From: Desulfomonilia bacterium
Lineage (GTDB): Bacteria; Desulfobacterota; Desulfomonilia; UBA1062
Direction: 5' to 3'
Assembly: GCA_963664325.2 (NCBI GenBank)
Contig: CAXXDQ010000004.1
Location: forward strand, 448,001-512,000
Length of the DNA stretch: 64,000 nt
In this document: piece after piece, positions 39,012 through 49,470 of the stretch
Layout of the letters: every line of letters starts with the position of its first letter
Position numbering within the stretch: position 1 is the stretch's first letter
Position numbers and translations under genes: made by a program
Notes under the pieces: model-generated
Seen by the model: the letters and a program-made list of their open reading frames with translations, nothing else
Database searches by the model: none
Told to the model about the DNA's origin: nothing

Positions 39012-39734
39012 TTATTTATGATCCACCTTCAAATAAAACCGAGCTGTTTTTACAAACTGAGTGAACGATTCCCATATTAGAGTTGCAGCCCTGTTCATCA
39101 CCTCGACTGCTTCGTCAAAACGTTTTTCTAGGCGTTCGTTTTTTTCAAGCCATTCTGGCGGAATATGTGCAACATTGCCGTCATGCCAGATGCGATTTAC
39201 CGATTTTTGCCTGTAGTCATGAATTGCTGCTTTGAGGTCTGCCAATGCTGCTGCCATCTGTGCATCAAAAAACTCGGTTTGTGGAAGACTCACCTCATGT
39301 ACAAAATCCCAGAGCCGACCTTCAACATCAGTAGAATAACAGTTACTATAATCATGATCTCGGAAATGAATCATTCGAGAGCTGCCACCAAGCAAATCAT
39401 AGAGTTTGAGATAGAGATTCCTATCAAGCTCTTCATAGCCAGTTGGTGCACCCGGACCTGTCCCGTTTGCATAAGTCGCATACCAATGGTCACGATGGCC
39501 GCGTAATTCTTCCGGTGAAAACTTAGTGCCTCTTGGATGCTCACTACTATAATGACCAACTTCTGCATGACAATCGAAGCAGAGCGGAATGCAGTTTTCA
39601 TATGTATCCTCGCCTCCTTGGGCGTGCGGCGTGATATGATGGCATTCCATGCCGACACCGGTGAACTTATGACACAGGCAACAGCGCCGCCCACAAGCAA
39701 TCATAGCTCTTGTTTTTGTCTCTAACGCGAACAT
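39012..39734 (-). CDS. HNH endonuclease with C-terminal extension
   Basis: RRCCLC, ECHHI.P...GG, NCIPLCFDCH; start ATG 39734 after AAGGA. Confidence 0.85.
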   Translation of the reverse strand: MFALETKTRAMIACGRRCCLCHKFTGVGMECHHITPHAQGGEDTYENCIPLCFDCHAEVGHYSSEHPRGTKFSPEELRGHRDHWYATYANGTGPGAPTGYEELDRNLYLKLYDLLGGSSRMIHFRDHDYSNCYSTDVEGRLWDFVHEVSLPQTEFFDAQMAAALADLKAAIHDYRQKSVNRIWHDGNVAHIPPEWLEKNERLEKRFDEAVEVMNRAATLIWESFTQFVKTARFYLKVDHK

Positions 39735-39758
39735 GTCTTTCCTTCTCAACGGCCGAGA

Positions 39759-40013
39759 TCACTCGGGACTTCTTTTCTTATACAGCTCTTCAAGTTTGTT
39801 TAATGTATCTACGAAGTCATCAATTTCTTTTTTACTCCAATAATAAGTATGATTTGTCTTTTTATTTATAAAACTGATAATACATTCTGGATCTGTTTTT
39901 AGCTTATTGTTAAAGTTATCAATGATCCACTTTTTTGCATCTTCAAAGCTTTCTTTGTCTATCCCTTCCTGTGTAAGCTTGAACAGTTCGGTTGCATCTA
40001 TTGTTTTAAACAT
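39759..40013 (-). CDS. hypothetical protein (84 aa)
   Basis: GGAGGTG RBS before ATG 40013; very AT-rich. Confidence 0.55.
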   Translation of the reverse strand: MFKTIDATELFKLTQEGIDKESFEDAKKWIIDNFNNKLKTDPECIISFINKKTNHTYYWSKKEIDDFVDTLNKLEELYKKRSPE

Positions 40014-40212
40014 TAGATCACCTCCGAAAAGTATGTTTTTATTCCTAGAGACACCCAACAATTAATACACCCCAACCCTTTTTTCAGATTTTTTAATATT
40101 ACATTATTCAGTGAAGAAAAAAAAAGGGAAATATGGCATAAAATCAAATCTTCACCAGTGGGTATTTCATAAAGACCAAAAGCCCGGTGATCGGCAACTG
40201 ATGATTAAATTA

Positions 40213-40533
40213 TCAGGCGGCCATTTTTTGAACTACCACTTTAATATGCTCAAACTCTTTGCAGGCGTTTACCAGTTCGATAAAGTTCTTCAAGGTCGGA
40301 TTTCCTGATGGACCCACCATCCTTCTGATGCTCTTGTCGGACTTGTTGATGCGACGTGCGATTTGTTGCACTGATTCGGTAACATTGAGGTAGTCCCTTA
40401 AAAGGGTTTTGCCCGTTTCTATATCGCCGTCAAGTATCTCGTTAAGCGCTTCGGTAATCAGGCCGATCCTGAATTCGGGATCATTTTGAGCCCTCTTGAT
40501 AACCGTTTCCCTGAATAGTTTAGCAACCGGCAT
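40213..40533 (-). CDS. addiction module antidote protein (HTH antitoxin)
   Basis: FRETV..R...DPEF...L..EA......GD...GK..LRDY.N...KSI.RM..P.GNP pattern of HigA-like antidote proteins. Confidence 0.8.
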   Translation of the reverse strand: MPVAKLFRETVIKRAQNDPEFRIGLITEALNEILDGDIETGKTLLRDYLNVTESVQQIARRINKSDKSIRRMVGPSGNPTLKNFIELVNACKEFEHIKVVVQKMAA

Positions 40534-40536
40534 GAT

Positions 40537-40668
40537 TCACCTCTCAATCTTTCTTGTTGTTATTTTGATTGCTGAAGCAGCATCCAGCGCATTGAACCAC
40601 TCCGAGAACGGTGAAGTTCCATCCGTTCTTGTGTATTCAATTGCAGGCGCAGATATTGAAACTTTCAT
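40537..40668 (-). pseudogene. internally deleted RelE/ParE-type addiction module toxin (43 aa remnant)
   Basis: MKVSISAPAIEYTRTDGTSPFSEWFNALDAASAIKITTRKIER*: EY...DG.SPF.EWF..LD is the toxin N-terminus; the catalytic middle is missing. Confidence 0.7.
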
Positions 40669-40676
40669 ATGGCTTA

Positions 40677-40704
40677 TTGGTAACATATACGTTACCAATG
40701 TCAA
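40677..40704 (-). promoter_or_regulatory. toxin-antitoxin promoter/operator
   Basis: Minus strand TTGACA running into the palindrome ATTGGTAAC-N6-GTTACCAAT directly upstream of the toxin start. Confidence 0.65.
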
Positions 40705-40767
40705 GCTTCAAAAGTTGGTCAGGATATCCCCGCTAAAAAAATTGATTCGAAGATCCATGTACCCTGA

Positions 40768-40829
40768 GTCGTCAGCCACGATTCTTGACAAATTAATTCA
40801 AATGTCATGAATAAAAGGCCTGACGCCTT
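40768..40829. repeat. REP-like palindromic repeat family B (GTCAGGCCTT), degenerate left arm
   Basis: ATTCTTGACA...TGTCATGAATAAAAGGCCTGACGCCTT, homologous to 42963-43025. Confidence 0.6.
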
Positions 40830-40853
40830 TGTGCGCCTCTGTGTATTCTTTTC

Positions 40854-42617
40854 CTAATACTGTGACTGGAACACTTTCATGGTGTCCGATCCCTTGCCGT
40901 CAGCGGTTGCGAATCTTATGTATGCGGTGCGGCTTGCATTGGTGTCATTCGGGTCGACCGTGATGTTTATGTGGGGATTATGCTCTGCTCCGCTCGTCTG
41001 CTCCGCCCTGCACCAGGGCTGGTCGCTTGTTGCCGTCCAGCTTCGTGCAACGGACAAGTCTATAGCCCTGGACTGTCCTGCCCTGGTGAACTCCATGTTG
41101 TGGGGTGCCACCAGCAGCGGCGGGAATGGCAGAGGAACCGGTGCTTGCCAGGACCAGGAATATTTTATGTTAATTGGATCAGTAAAAAACCCAAAGATTA
41201 TCAAAGCGCCGACTCTAGTCTGGACCAGACTTGCGTCGAATCGGGAGTTGAACCAGTTTTTGTCAGAATCGCGAATGGCTGGCGAGAACTTCCATATCCA
41301 CTGGTTAACAGGCTGGAAGGTGGTACGTGAGAGTATCGTAGGCTCATTCATTATGGCGCGAATGAAATGGTTATTCTGCGTGGCTTTCTTGAATTCATAT
41401 TTCCAGGTGGCGTCGTTGACTTGAGAACCGGAATTGTTGATGACCTCACAGTCCTTGACTTTGAAGGTTCTCGAGTTGGTAATGGTGACACCGGCGCTCA
41501 GTTCGGCGGATACCCCTTTGCCTTGCGCATATCCCACCTTGCCTCCAATGTTGGTAACTATACCGCTTGTGACAGTCTCCTCATTGTTTGCATTCTCGGG
41601 TTTTGGCTGTTGCAGGGTAACACCGCTTCCTCCAGATGTCAGGCCCTCCATCCAGTTTGACATGATGTAGCTATCCGCATAATATCCAACGTTGTTGTTT
41701 TGCCAGCCGGTTATATTGGGGTCATCATATATTCCCCTATACGCTCCTGATGCGTTAAGCAGCCCTTCCTGACGCACATAGAACCAGTCATAATCAACTG
41801 AATCGGCTGCATTGAATGAATGGCAGGAATAGATGAAGTAGGTGATCTGATAATTATTTCCATGGAAGGTGTAGTTTACTGTGTGACTGTATTCCTTTGA
41901 AATCTTGGTCAGTTCCGAACTATCGTCCTCGATGCCTGCCTTAAGGATTTTTTTCGCCTGTTCACTGTATGCATCCGACTCTGCAGTATCCCTGCTGGTG
42001 TCTTCCTTGAACCAGTCAAGAAAGAGTTCCGACCTGTCGAACTGATCTTCATCACTGTCATCGTAGATTTCCAAAGGCGGCTCACCTGCATCTGTTGACT
42101 GTACTTCTCCATCCATGGGCGGATATGTGGCCCATGTGAAAATGTCGCCATCTGCTTCCTGGTCAACGCAGAACAGCTCGGCATATTGCTTGTCTTCAGG
42201 CAAGCCCTCAGGCAGAAAATAGTTCTGTTCAAGTCCGAGGATGTCTAGCAATGCGTTTATTTCAGTTGCCCCGCCTTGTAAAAGTGTAATTGGCTGATTG
42301 TTGAGGAAAGAGTCCAGTATTCCTTTCTGCTGTTCAGCAGTCAGGAATTGTATGCTGTTTGCATCGATAAAAATCGGCTTGTCCGCGGATGATCCATCAT
42401 AAGGGACGCTATTTATGAAAATAGCCTCGATATCATCAGAAAGAACGCCGCTAAGGTCTCCGATATAGGCTACCTCGCCGTTATATACATTGTGTTCCGT
42501 GTGTTCCGGCCCGGAATTTTCTGAACTGTTGCTGCAGCCCGAAATGGCGAATGCCGCAATCAGTGAGAGTATCGCAGATATCTGCAAAAACAGACTTTTT
42601 GATTTCCCCGATTTCAT
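40854..42617 (-). CDS. lipoprotein with putative leukocidin/hemolysin-like beta-pore domain and C-terminal BACON domain
   Basis: Lipobox ISGC; Ser/Thr/Gly-rich amphipathic hairpin TVTSGIVTNIGGKVGYAQGKGVSAELSAGVTITNSRTF; BACON motif WTATSDQPWC...ITVDPNDT..SRTAYI...V.Q. Confidence 0.65.
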   Translation of the reverse strand: MKSGKSKSLFLQISAILSLIAAFAISGCSNSSENSGPEHTEHNVYNGEVAYIGDLSGVLSDDIEAIFINSVPYDGSSADKPIFIDANSIQFLTAEQQKGILDSFLNNQPITLLQGGATEINALLDILGLEQNYFLPEGLPEDKQYAELFCVDQEADGDIFTWATYPPMDGEVQSTDAGEPPLEIYDDSDEDQFDRSELFLDWFKEDTSRDTAESDAYSEQAKKILKAGIEDDSSELTKISKEYSHTVNYTFHGNNYQITYFIYSCHSFNAADSVDYDWFYVRQEGLLNASGAYRGIYDDPNITGWQNNNVGYYADSYIMSNWMEGLTSGGSGVTLQQPKPENANNEETVTSGIVTNIGGKVGYAQGKGVSAELSAGVTITNSRTFKVKDCEVINNSGSQVNDATWKYEFKKATQNNHFIRAIMNEPTILSRTTFQPVNQWIWKFSPAIRDSDKNWFNSRFDASLVQTRVGALIIFGFFTDPINIKYSWSWQAPVPLPFPPLLVAPHNMEFTRAGQSRAIDLSVARSWTATSDQPWCRAEQTSGAEHNPHINITVDPNDTNASRTAYIRFATADGKGSDTMKVFQSQY

Positions 42618-42962
42618 CGTAGCCGCTCCTTTTAAATTTTGAAGTTATTGAATGAATAATTTATCGGCAATTATTTAAAACACATAAGTACTGAAATTTT
42701 AATTATATTAGTAGAATTAGCAGGATCGCCTATTAAAAGACACATGTCGTCCCCCGAAGGGGACATGTTTTTCCGGGTTTTTTCCACGCCTTCCAGGACG
42801 CCCGGTAATACCCTCATCACCGCGCCATCAGCGCGAACACCCCATCCCTGTATTCACGGGTGTAAGTGGCATAGCGAACGGGTTCCGAGGTCAGTTGGCC
42901 TTGATCGAATGGTTTTAAGGGAGACCTGGAATTCGTTACCGGAAGTAATTAGCAAACACTCA

Positions 42963-43025
42963 AAGGTGTCAGGCCTTTAATCTTGACTATACACCAAAAT
43001 ATCAAAGATAAAGGCCTGACACCTT
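42963..43025. repeat. REP-like palindromic repeat family B, intact doublet
   Basis: Perfect 17-bp IR AAGGTGTCAGGCCTTTA / TAAAGGCCTGACACCTT around a 29-nt spacer. Confidence 0.85.
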
Positions 43026-43051
43026 GGTTATTTTACCATTGGTAACATAGA

Positions 43052-43110
43052 GGATAACGCCGCGGATCAGGACAGAGTTTTACGACACGCCGGCATCCGT
43101 TTTGTTATGC
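43052..43110 (-). mobile_element. attC-like integron recombination site (59 bp)
   Basis: Minus strand GCATAAC-AAAAC-GGATGCCG...CTGATCC-GCGGC-GTTATCC: paired R''/R' (ATAAC/GTTAT), L boxes and 5-nt spacers, at the 3' end of 43080-43649. Confidence 0.65.
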
Positions 43111-43649
43111 TGCTTTCTTAATTGCGCTTTGATTTGCATAAACTGATCAAGCTTGCCTTCACCTTTAGACCATCTTTCAATTTCTTCCATGTCAACTTTG
43201 TTGTTTTGTGCAACAAGGATCGCCTGAGCGAGACATTGCCCGTCATTCCAATGGAAGTATCCTGCAAGGCGGTCTTTGACGCAATCTGTCGGGGAGATTA
43301 TTTTAAGAACGCCTGTGGATTTTTTGAGCTCACGAATATACTTAACGGGTTCTTCTCCCACGGAAGGAGGTCCCTGAGGAAATTCCACAAATAATTTTGT
43401 GCCGGGATGCTTGAAATAGCGTCCATCCTCCAAAAACCCGATTTCTTCCATTGCATCGCGAATTAATTTTCGTCTGGGTTTCATAAGGGAGATGTGAATC
43501 AAGTCAAGATCCAAGGATTCGTATTTGTTCAGGCTGTAAATCGATACGCATGCACCGCCGCTGAGGACCGTATCAATTCCTTTGCTGCGCAGGTGTTCCT
43601 GAACAAAGGCGGCCAGTTCCGCCCTGGACATGTTTGCAATTGATTTCAA
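43080..43649 (-). CDS. nucleotidyltransferase-fold protein (AbiEii/MNT-like)
   Basis: VLSGGAC...SLDLD (GG...DxD) motif; PTDCVKDRL. Confidence 0.7.
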   Translation of the reverse strand: MKSIANMSRAELAAFVQEHLRSKGIDTVLSGGACVSIYSLNKYESLDLDLIHISLMKPRRKLIRDAMEEIGFLEDGRYFKHPGTKLFVEFPQGPPSVGEEPVKYIRELKKSTGVLKIISPTDCVKDRLAGYFHWNDGQCLAQAILVAQNNKVDMEEIERWSKGEGKLDQFMQIKAQLRKQHNKTDAGVS

Positions 43650-43975
43650 AGGGGCTTATCCCGCTTTCTCGGTCTGCGCCTGTTCATAATGAGTTGCTTC
43701 TTTAAATCATCCGGACAGAAAGTCATGACTTTTTCAAGAAGGGCTTTGAGCTCTTTTATAAAAGGGCAACGCGAGTTGAATGAATACAGCCGTGTTTTGC
43801 CGGCTGCGCGGCTGACAAGTATTCCTCCGGCTTCCAGTTTATCCAGTTGATTTCGGATAGGTCTGTAATCAACACCGTAGAAACGGGAAATTTCCCGCGG
43901 ATAACCCTCATTTCGTGCAAACAGGAACAGCAGGACCTGTTCGCAGCTTGTTGACCCGAGCAGCATCTCTATCAT
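43646..43975 (-). CDS. winged helix-turn-helix protein (ArsR-like), probable antitoxin/regulator
   Basis: GYPREI...QLDKLEAGGILVSR..GKTRLY.FN; ATGA overlap with the downstream gene. Confidence 0.8.
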   Translation of the reverse strand: MIEMLLGSTSCEQVLLFLFARNEGYPREISRFYGVDYRPIRNQLDKLEAGGILVSRAAGKTRLYSFNSRCPFIKELKALLEKVMTFCPDDLKKQLIMNRRRPRKRDKPL

Positions 43976-43995
43976 TTAGAATCTCCGGTTGTTTT

Positions 43996-44037
43996 ATGAT
44001 GCAATAATTGCATCATATGATGTATATAATGCATCAT
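43996..44037. promoter_or_regulatory. two tandem 21-bp palindromic operators
   Basis: ATGATGCAATAATTGCATCAT and ATGATGTATATAATGCATCAT, abutting, overlapping a minus-strand TTGCAA-N17-CATTAT promoter. Confidence 0.75.
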
Positions 44038-44067
44038 TCCAAAGAATGTTGCAAGATTTTTTCTTAA

Positions 44068-44119
44068 GTGTAACACCTGGACTCAGCGGGCGGCAAAGAC
44101 GACCCGGCGGATTGTTCGG

Positions 44120-44125
<6 letters not shown>
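44068..44125 (-). mobile_element. attC-like integron recombination site (58 bp)
   Basis: Minus strand GTCTAAC-CGAAC-AATCCGCC...GCTGAGTC-CAGGT-GTTACAC; R'' overlaps the TAA stop of the upstream gene. Confidence 0.55.
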
Positions 44126-45484
<1,359 letters not shown>

Positions 45485-45947
45485 ATCATTTTCCCGGGGT
45501 TCTGGATGTCCGGCTGATCATTCAAAATAGAGTCCCGCCAGCCGGTGTCCGTTTGTTATTTCAGCCGCCTTGCTGCCAGGAAACATCCTGATAATTCATC
45601 CGGGAATCCGTTGGCCCAGGCAACTTGCAAGACAATTTATTTATATCATAACAGCTGAATAAACAATATGGTTAATTATACCCGCGCCTTTAAACAAACA
45701 CGGGCGCACCCGGTGCGGATGAACGGAAACAGATATGAGGTCCTGGCGGAAATGCCAGATATTGGGATGGAGCCCTCCGGTTCGCGTTCCTTTTATTGTA
45801 CTTATGCATCTTCAGATATTGCCGATAATTTCAGTATAAATACAAAGCCAGCAAGGATGCCGAAGAATGCAAAAACGAGAAGAGCGGCATACTCTTTTTT
45901 CGGTATATATATCTTCTCCTGAACAAAAGGATACGAGGCAACTGTGT

Positions 45948-47195
45948 ATGAAAAACATAATCAGGAATAACATCTGTTTGATACTGCTTTTACTTGTCAT
46001 TACGGCATGTGCGAACAGCAGCAACCCTTCCCCCGATAAATATGAAGGTGGGACGAAGCATGTTTACGACTATGTTCCTGTCGTAGTGCTTGAGGGAAGC
46101 TGGCAGCAGATGGGCCGGCAGTACGGCTACCTGCTGGCGGACGATATCCGTGCCGTGTACAATCTGGTGGCTCCCTACAGGGATAAGTTCAACCTGGGTT
46201 GCGGCAAGGTAAACAGCGATATCATCGAAGATTTCTACCAGTCGTATCCTGAAAAGTTCAAGGATTTTTTCAAGGGCGTGTCTGAGACTTCCGGACTTAC
46301 ACTGGAAGAGCTCAAGGTCGCCAACTCGCTCGAAATAGTCCTGATGTTCGGGTCGCATATCTACAATACGCGCTGTTCTGGCCTGAGCGCTTGGGGAGGC
46401 TACGCCCCAGCCGGCAAGGTTGTTTACGGACGCAACTATGACTACAATACAGAGTTTTTGCCGCTCAACGACCATATAGTCGTAACGGTTTTTCACCCGG
46501 ACAACGGCGATATCCCGTTCGCCATGTATACATGGGCGGGCTGCATCTATGCCTCCTCGGGAATCAACCAAAAGGGAATCTTTGTCGAAGAGAACGACTG
46601 TTCCCCGCACGACAAGCTGGCGGCAGGCTTTTATATTACGGACAACCACTACAACATGAAAAACTGGGTGAAAGACGACGCAAAGCTCATGTCGATGCTT
46701 GCCTCCTGCAGTACCATGGCTGAAGCGGATGCCTGGATGAAAGCGAACCTGCCCGATTATCCCCACAATATCGGGATTGCCGACAAAAACGAGGCGCGCT
46801 CCTACCAGTGGAACATTTCAGAACGGGTCCCCCATGCGCCGTATGTGCGCCAGGAAGACGGGCTCATGGCGCAGACCAACCACTATGATGTTATCCCTGA
46901 AGGCTGGGATCTGGCGCCTTACGTTGAGCAGACCGAATCAGGCTCAACCGTTCCGGGCGGCAGCATACCGCGGCTTGAGCATTTGCTGAACCTGGCGGCG
47001 CAGAACAGGGGAAGCATTGACGTGCAGAAGATGTGCGACATCATGGATGTCCCGTTCGATGACGGAGGCGCTACGGTTGACGGCACCCTTTATCAGATCG
47101 TCTGCGAGCCCGAGACCTTCACCTTTAAAATTAAAACAAAGGGAAAACCGGACCGCTGGGTGGATATTCCCCTGGCAACATTGCTATTCAGATAA
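45948..47195 (+). CDS. lipoprotein, C45 family Ntn-hydrolase
   Basis: Lipobox ITAC; QMGRQYG, RCSGL nucleophile, GRNYD, SGIN..G, QTNHY. Confidence 0.85.
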   Translation: MKNIIRNNICLILLLLVITACANSSNPSPDKYEGGTKHVYDYVPVVVLEGSWQQMGRQYGYLLADDIRAVYNLVAPYRDKFNLGCGKVNSDIIEDFYQSYPEKFKDFFKGVSETSGLTLEELKVANSLEIVLMFGSHIYNTRCSGLSAWGGYAPAGKVVYGRNYDYNTEFLPLNDHIVVTVFHPDNGDIPFAMYTWAGCIYASSGINQKGIFVEENDCSPHDKLAAGFYITDNHYNMKNWVKDDAKLMSMLASCSTMAEADAWMKANLPDYPHNIGIADKNEARSYQWNISERVPHAPYVRQEDGLMAQTNHYDVIPEGWDLAPYVEQTESGSTVPGGSIPRLEHLLNLAAQNRGSIDVQKMCDIMDVPFDDGGATVDGTLYQIVCEPETFTFKIKTKGKPDRWVDIPLATLLFR

Positions 47196-47481
47196 TTGAT
47201 TTTGAAAAGGCAATCAGAACCCGGCAGACCAGTAAAATTAACAGCGAGTTCCCGGAATACCGTGCGCTAAAAAGATCATACACAAAATATTCACCAGACA
47301 GGCAGCAGTCAATGCGAATAAGGCGACATGGTTGTTAAGGCCTGCATTTTATGTCATGTAAACAGTTGAAGGCGGGGAGGCCGCTGTAAAAAATATATTT
47401 TAAGGCGGTCCAGTTTAATCGGTTAAAGCAGCATGTGATGAAAGCCTTGCTGACACTCATACAAAGTGCGGGAGAAAATCA

Positions 47482-48033
47482 ATGAATGAATTCAATCCGG
47501 ATACCTACTGCGGAATCTACTGCGGTGCGTGCTCGATAGAAATGTACGGAGAAACGGGCCGCGCTGACGGGTTCGCCGCCTGTCTGGGAAGCGTGCCCCG
47601 GGAGGACCTCGCCTGCAGCGGATGCAAATCCGACACCGTCTACGCTGGTTGCAGCACGTGCAGCCTCCGCTATTGCGCCCGTGAAAAGAACGTCGAACAC
47701 TGTATCGAATGCGCCGATTACCCGTGCAAAATGTACAGCAGGTGGCAATCGGCGGCAAAGTTCCTCCCGCACGCCCGCGAGGCTGTATCCAGCCTGGAGG
47801 CGATTAAACATGACGGTGCTGCCTCCTGGCTCGCTGCGCAGAAAAAGCGCTGGTCGTGCCCGGACTGCGGCGCGCCGTTTTCGTGGTATGCGCCCGCATG
47901 CAACAGTTGCGGCCGCAGCCTGGAGTCCCAGGCACACAGGTTGTCCGGCTGGAGGAAACTCCTGTGCCGGCTGATAATTCCAATGGTGTACCGGAAAGGA
48001 AAGGCTAAAAGTCAGGCTGGAGCCCTGCCCTGA
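47482..48033 (+). CDS. DUF3795 domain Cys-rich protein
   Basis: YCGIYCGAC, CSGC, C..RYC...HCIEC.DYPC, W.CPDCG...C..CG. Confidence 0.85.
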   Translation: MNEFNPDTYCGIYCGACSIEMYGETGRADGFAACLGSVPREDLACSGCKSDTVYAGCSTCSLRYCAREKNVEHCIECADYPCKMYSRWQSAAKFLPHAREAVSSLEAIKHDGAASWLAAQKKRWSCPDCGAPFSWYAPACNSCGRSLESQAHRLSGWRKLLCRLIIPMVYRKGKAKSQAGALP

Positions 48034-48132
48034 TCCCGGCACCCGCTGGGACCGGTTGGCTGTTTGAACTGCTTCGGTAAGTCCAACAGGAATCCTGTCA
48101 AAACAGTGCCGGGTTTTGCGCCCGGCGCCGGT

Positions 48133-49470
48133 TTATTCCTTCATCATCAATTCGGCACGCTTTTTCAGGGTCTCATTCAAAGCGGCTTCATCACGGGGGA
48201 ACGTGCGGACCGCGATAAGTATGATAAGCCCGCATATAACCCAGAAGAAGTTTGCGATATTAAACGCCACATTGCGTCCGAGCACGCTTATGAAAAGGCT
48301 TATGACTACGGGCCCGAAGCCTTTCCCCAGCGCATCGACAAGGTTATAAAGAGAAAACAGCGAACCGCGCGTCTCAGGCGTGTTGACGTTCAGCGCCAAT
48401 ACATTTACGTTAACGCCGGTCAGGGAATTGGTGAATCCCGCAAGCGCGGCAAAGATCAGCGGCGGCACCAGAGTCGGGTTTGAAACCCCGGCCTGGCTTG
48501 GGTAGTTCAGAAGGAATGCGGTCGGAATCGTGCCTGCAATTGCGGCAAGCCCTGCAAAAAGAGGCATGTACTTTGAGCTTTTATTGTAAAACCAGTTTCC
48601 GATAATGCCGCCGGCAAATCCGCCTAGTATGCAGCACGCGCCTGCCACCATGACGATCACCGTCGCCGACTCGACGGAAAACCCCTTGTCCTGGGCGAAA
48701 TAATCATTCAGGAATATGAAGAACACACCCCAGGGAATGCAGCCCGGCACGCCCTGTATGAATACGATAATGTTGGTTTTTATCTTGAAGAGTTCCTTGT
48801 AAACAGACCAGTTTATTTTGCCTGTATAGGCATGGCCGCTCTCAATAAGCTCTTTGAGGCTGTCTTCGGTTATGCCCCGCGCAGGCTCCCTCACTGCAAG
48901 CCAGAACAGAAAGATCATAACCAGATTGGGCAGGGCCACGATTATAAACGGCAGCCTCCATCCGTATTCCGGACCGACAAATCCGGCGATCAGCTGCCCT
49001 ATGGCAACCCCCATCCCCTGCGAGAATGCGACTACTGCGCTTGCGATCGCACGGTTCTTGTGCGTGAAGAAGTCTCCGATCAGGGAAAAGGTCAGGGGCA
49101 TGATGCCGCCGATACCTATGCCCGTGAGCGCCCTCATCCAGAAGAGCTCGGTGTAATTCCTTGCGAACCCGGTCATGAAGCAGGGGATGCTGCCCACCAG
49201 CACGGTTGCTATAAACAGCTTCTTCCTTGAAAACCTGTCCGTGAGCCAGCCTATTCCCAGCGTGATGACGGCCCCCAGCACCCAGAAGACAAAAGATATG
49301 TTGCCCCCCAGTTTCACGTCGCGCTCTATATCGTTAAATCCGAATTCATGGGCGATTTGAGTAAGGTTCGGGGCCATCAGATTCTGGTCTGCAAAAAGGA
49401 AAAGGTTGATTACTGCAAGCAGAATAACCGCGAAAAGCTCTTTTTTGCCTAAAGATATCTTTTTATCCAT
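48133..49470 (-). CDS. MFS transporter (spinster-like)
   Basis: About 12 TM; GWLTDRFSRK motif A; RALTGIG. Confidence 0.92.
   Translation of the reverse strand: MDKKISLGKKELFAVILLAVINLFLFADQNLMAPNLTQIAHEFGFNDIERDVKLGGNISFVFWVLGAVITLGIGWLTDRFSRKKLFIATVLVGSIPCFMTGFARNYTELFWMRALTGIGIGGIMPLTFSLIGDFFTHKNRAIASAVVAFSQGMGVAIGQLIAGFVGPEYGWRLPFIIVALPNLVMIFLFWLAVREPARGITEDSLKELIESGHAYTGKINWSVYKELFKIKTNIIVFIQGVPGCIPWGVFFIFLNDYFAQDKGFSVESATVIVMVAGACCILGGFAGGIIGNWFYNKSSKYMPLFAGLAAIAGTIPTAFLLNYPSQAGVSNPTLVPPLIFAALAGFTNSLTGVNVNVLALNVNTPETRGSLFSLYNLVDALGKGFGPVVISLFISVLGRNVAFNIANFFWVICGLIILIAVRTFPRDEAALNETLKKRAELMMKE

Noticed and set aside
40135-40211. Possible further attC after the antitoxin gene
   Set aside because: Neither AAC nor GTT core is intact and the arms pair poorly
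42740-42900. Structured-looking region upstream of the lipoprotein (hairpin ACATGTCGTCCCCCGAAGGGGACATGT); riboswitch considered
   Set aside because: No match by eye to fluoride, c-di-GMP, ZTP, TPP or cobalamin consensus; needs an Rfam search
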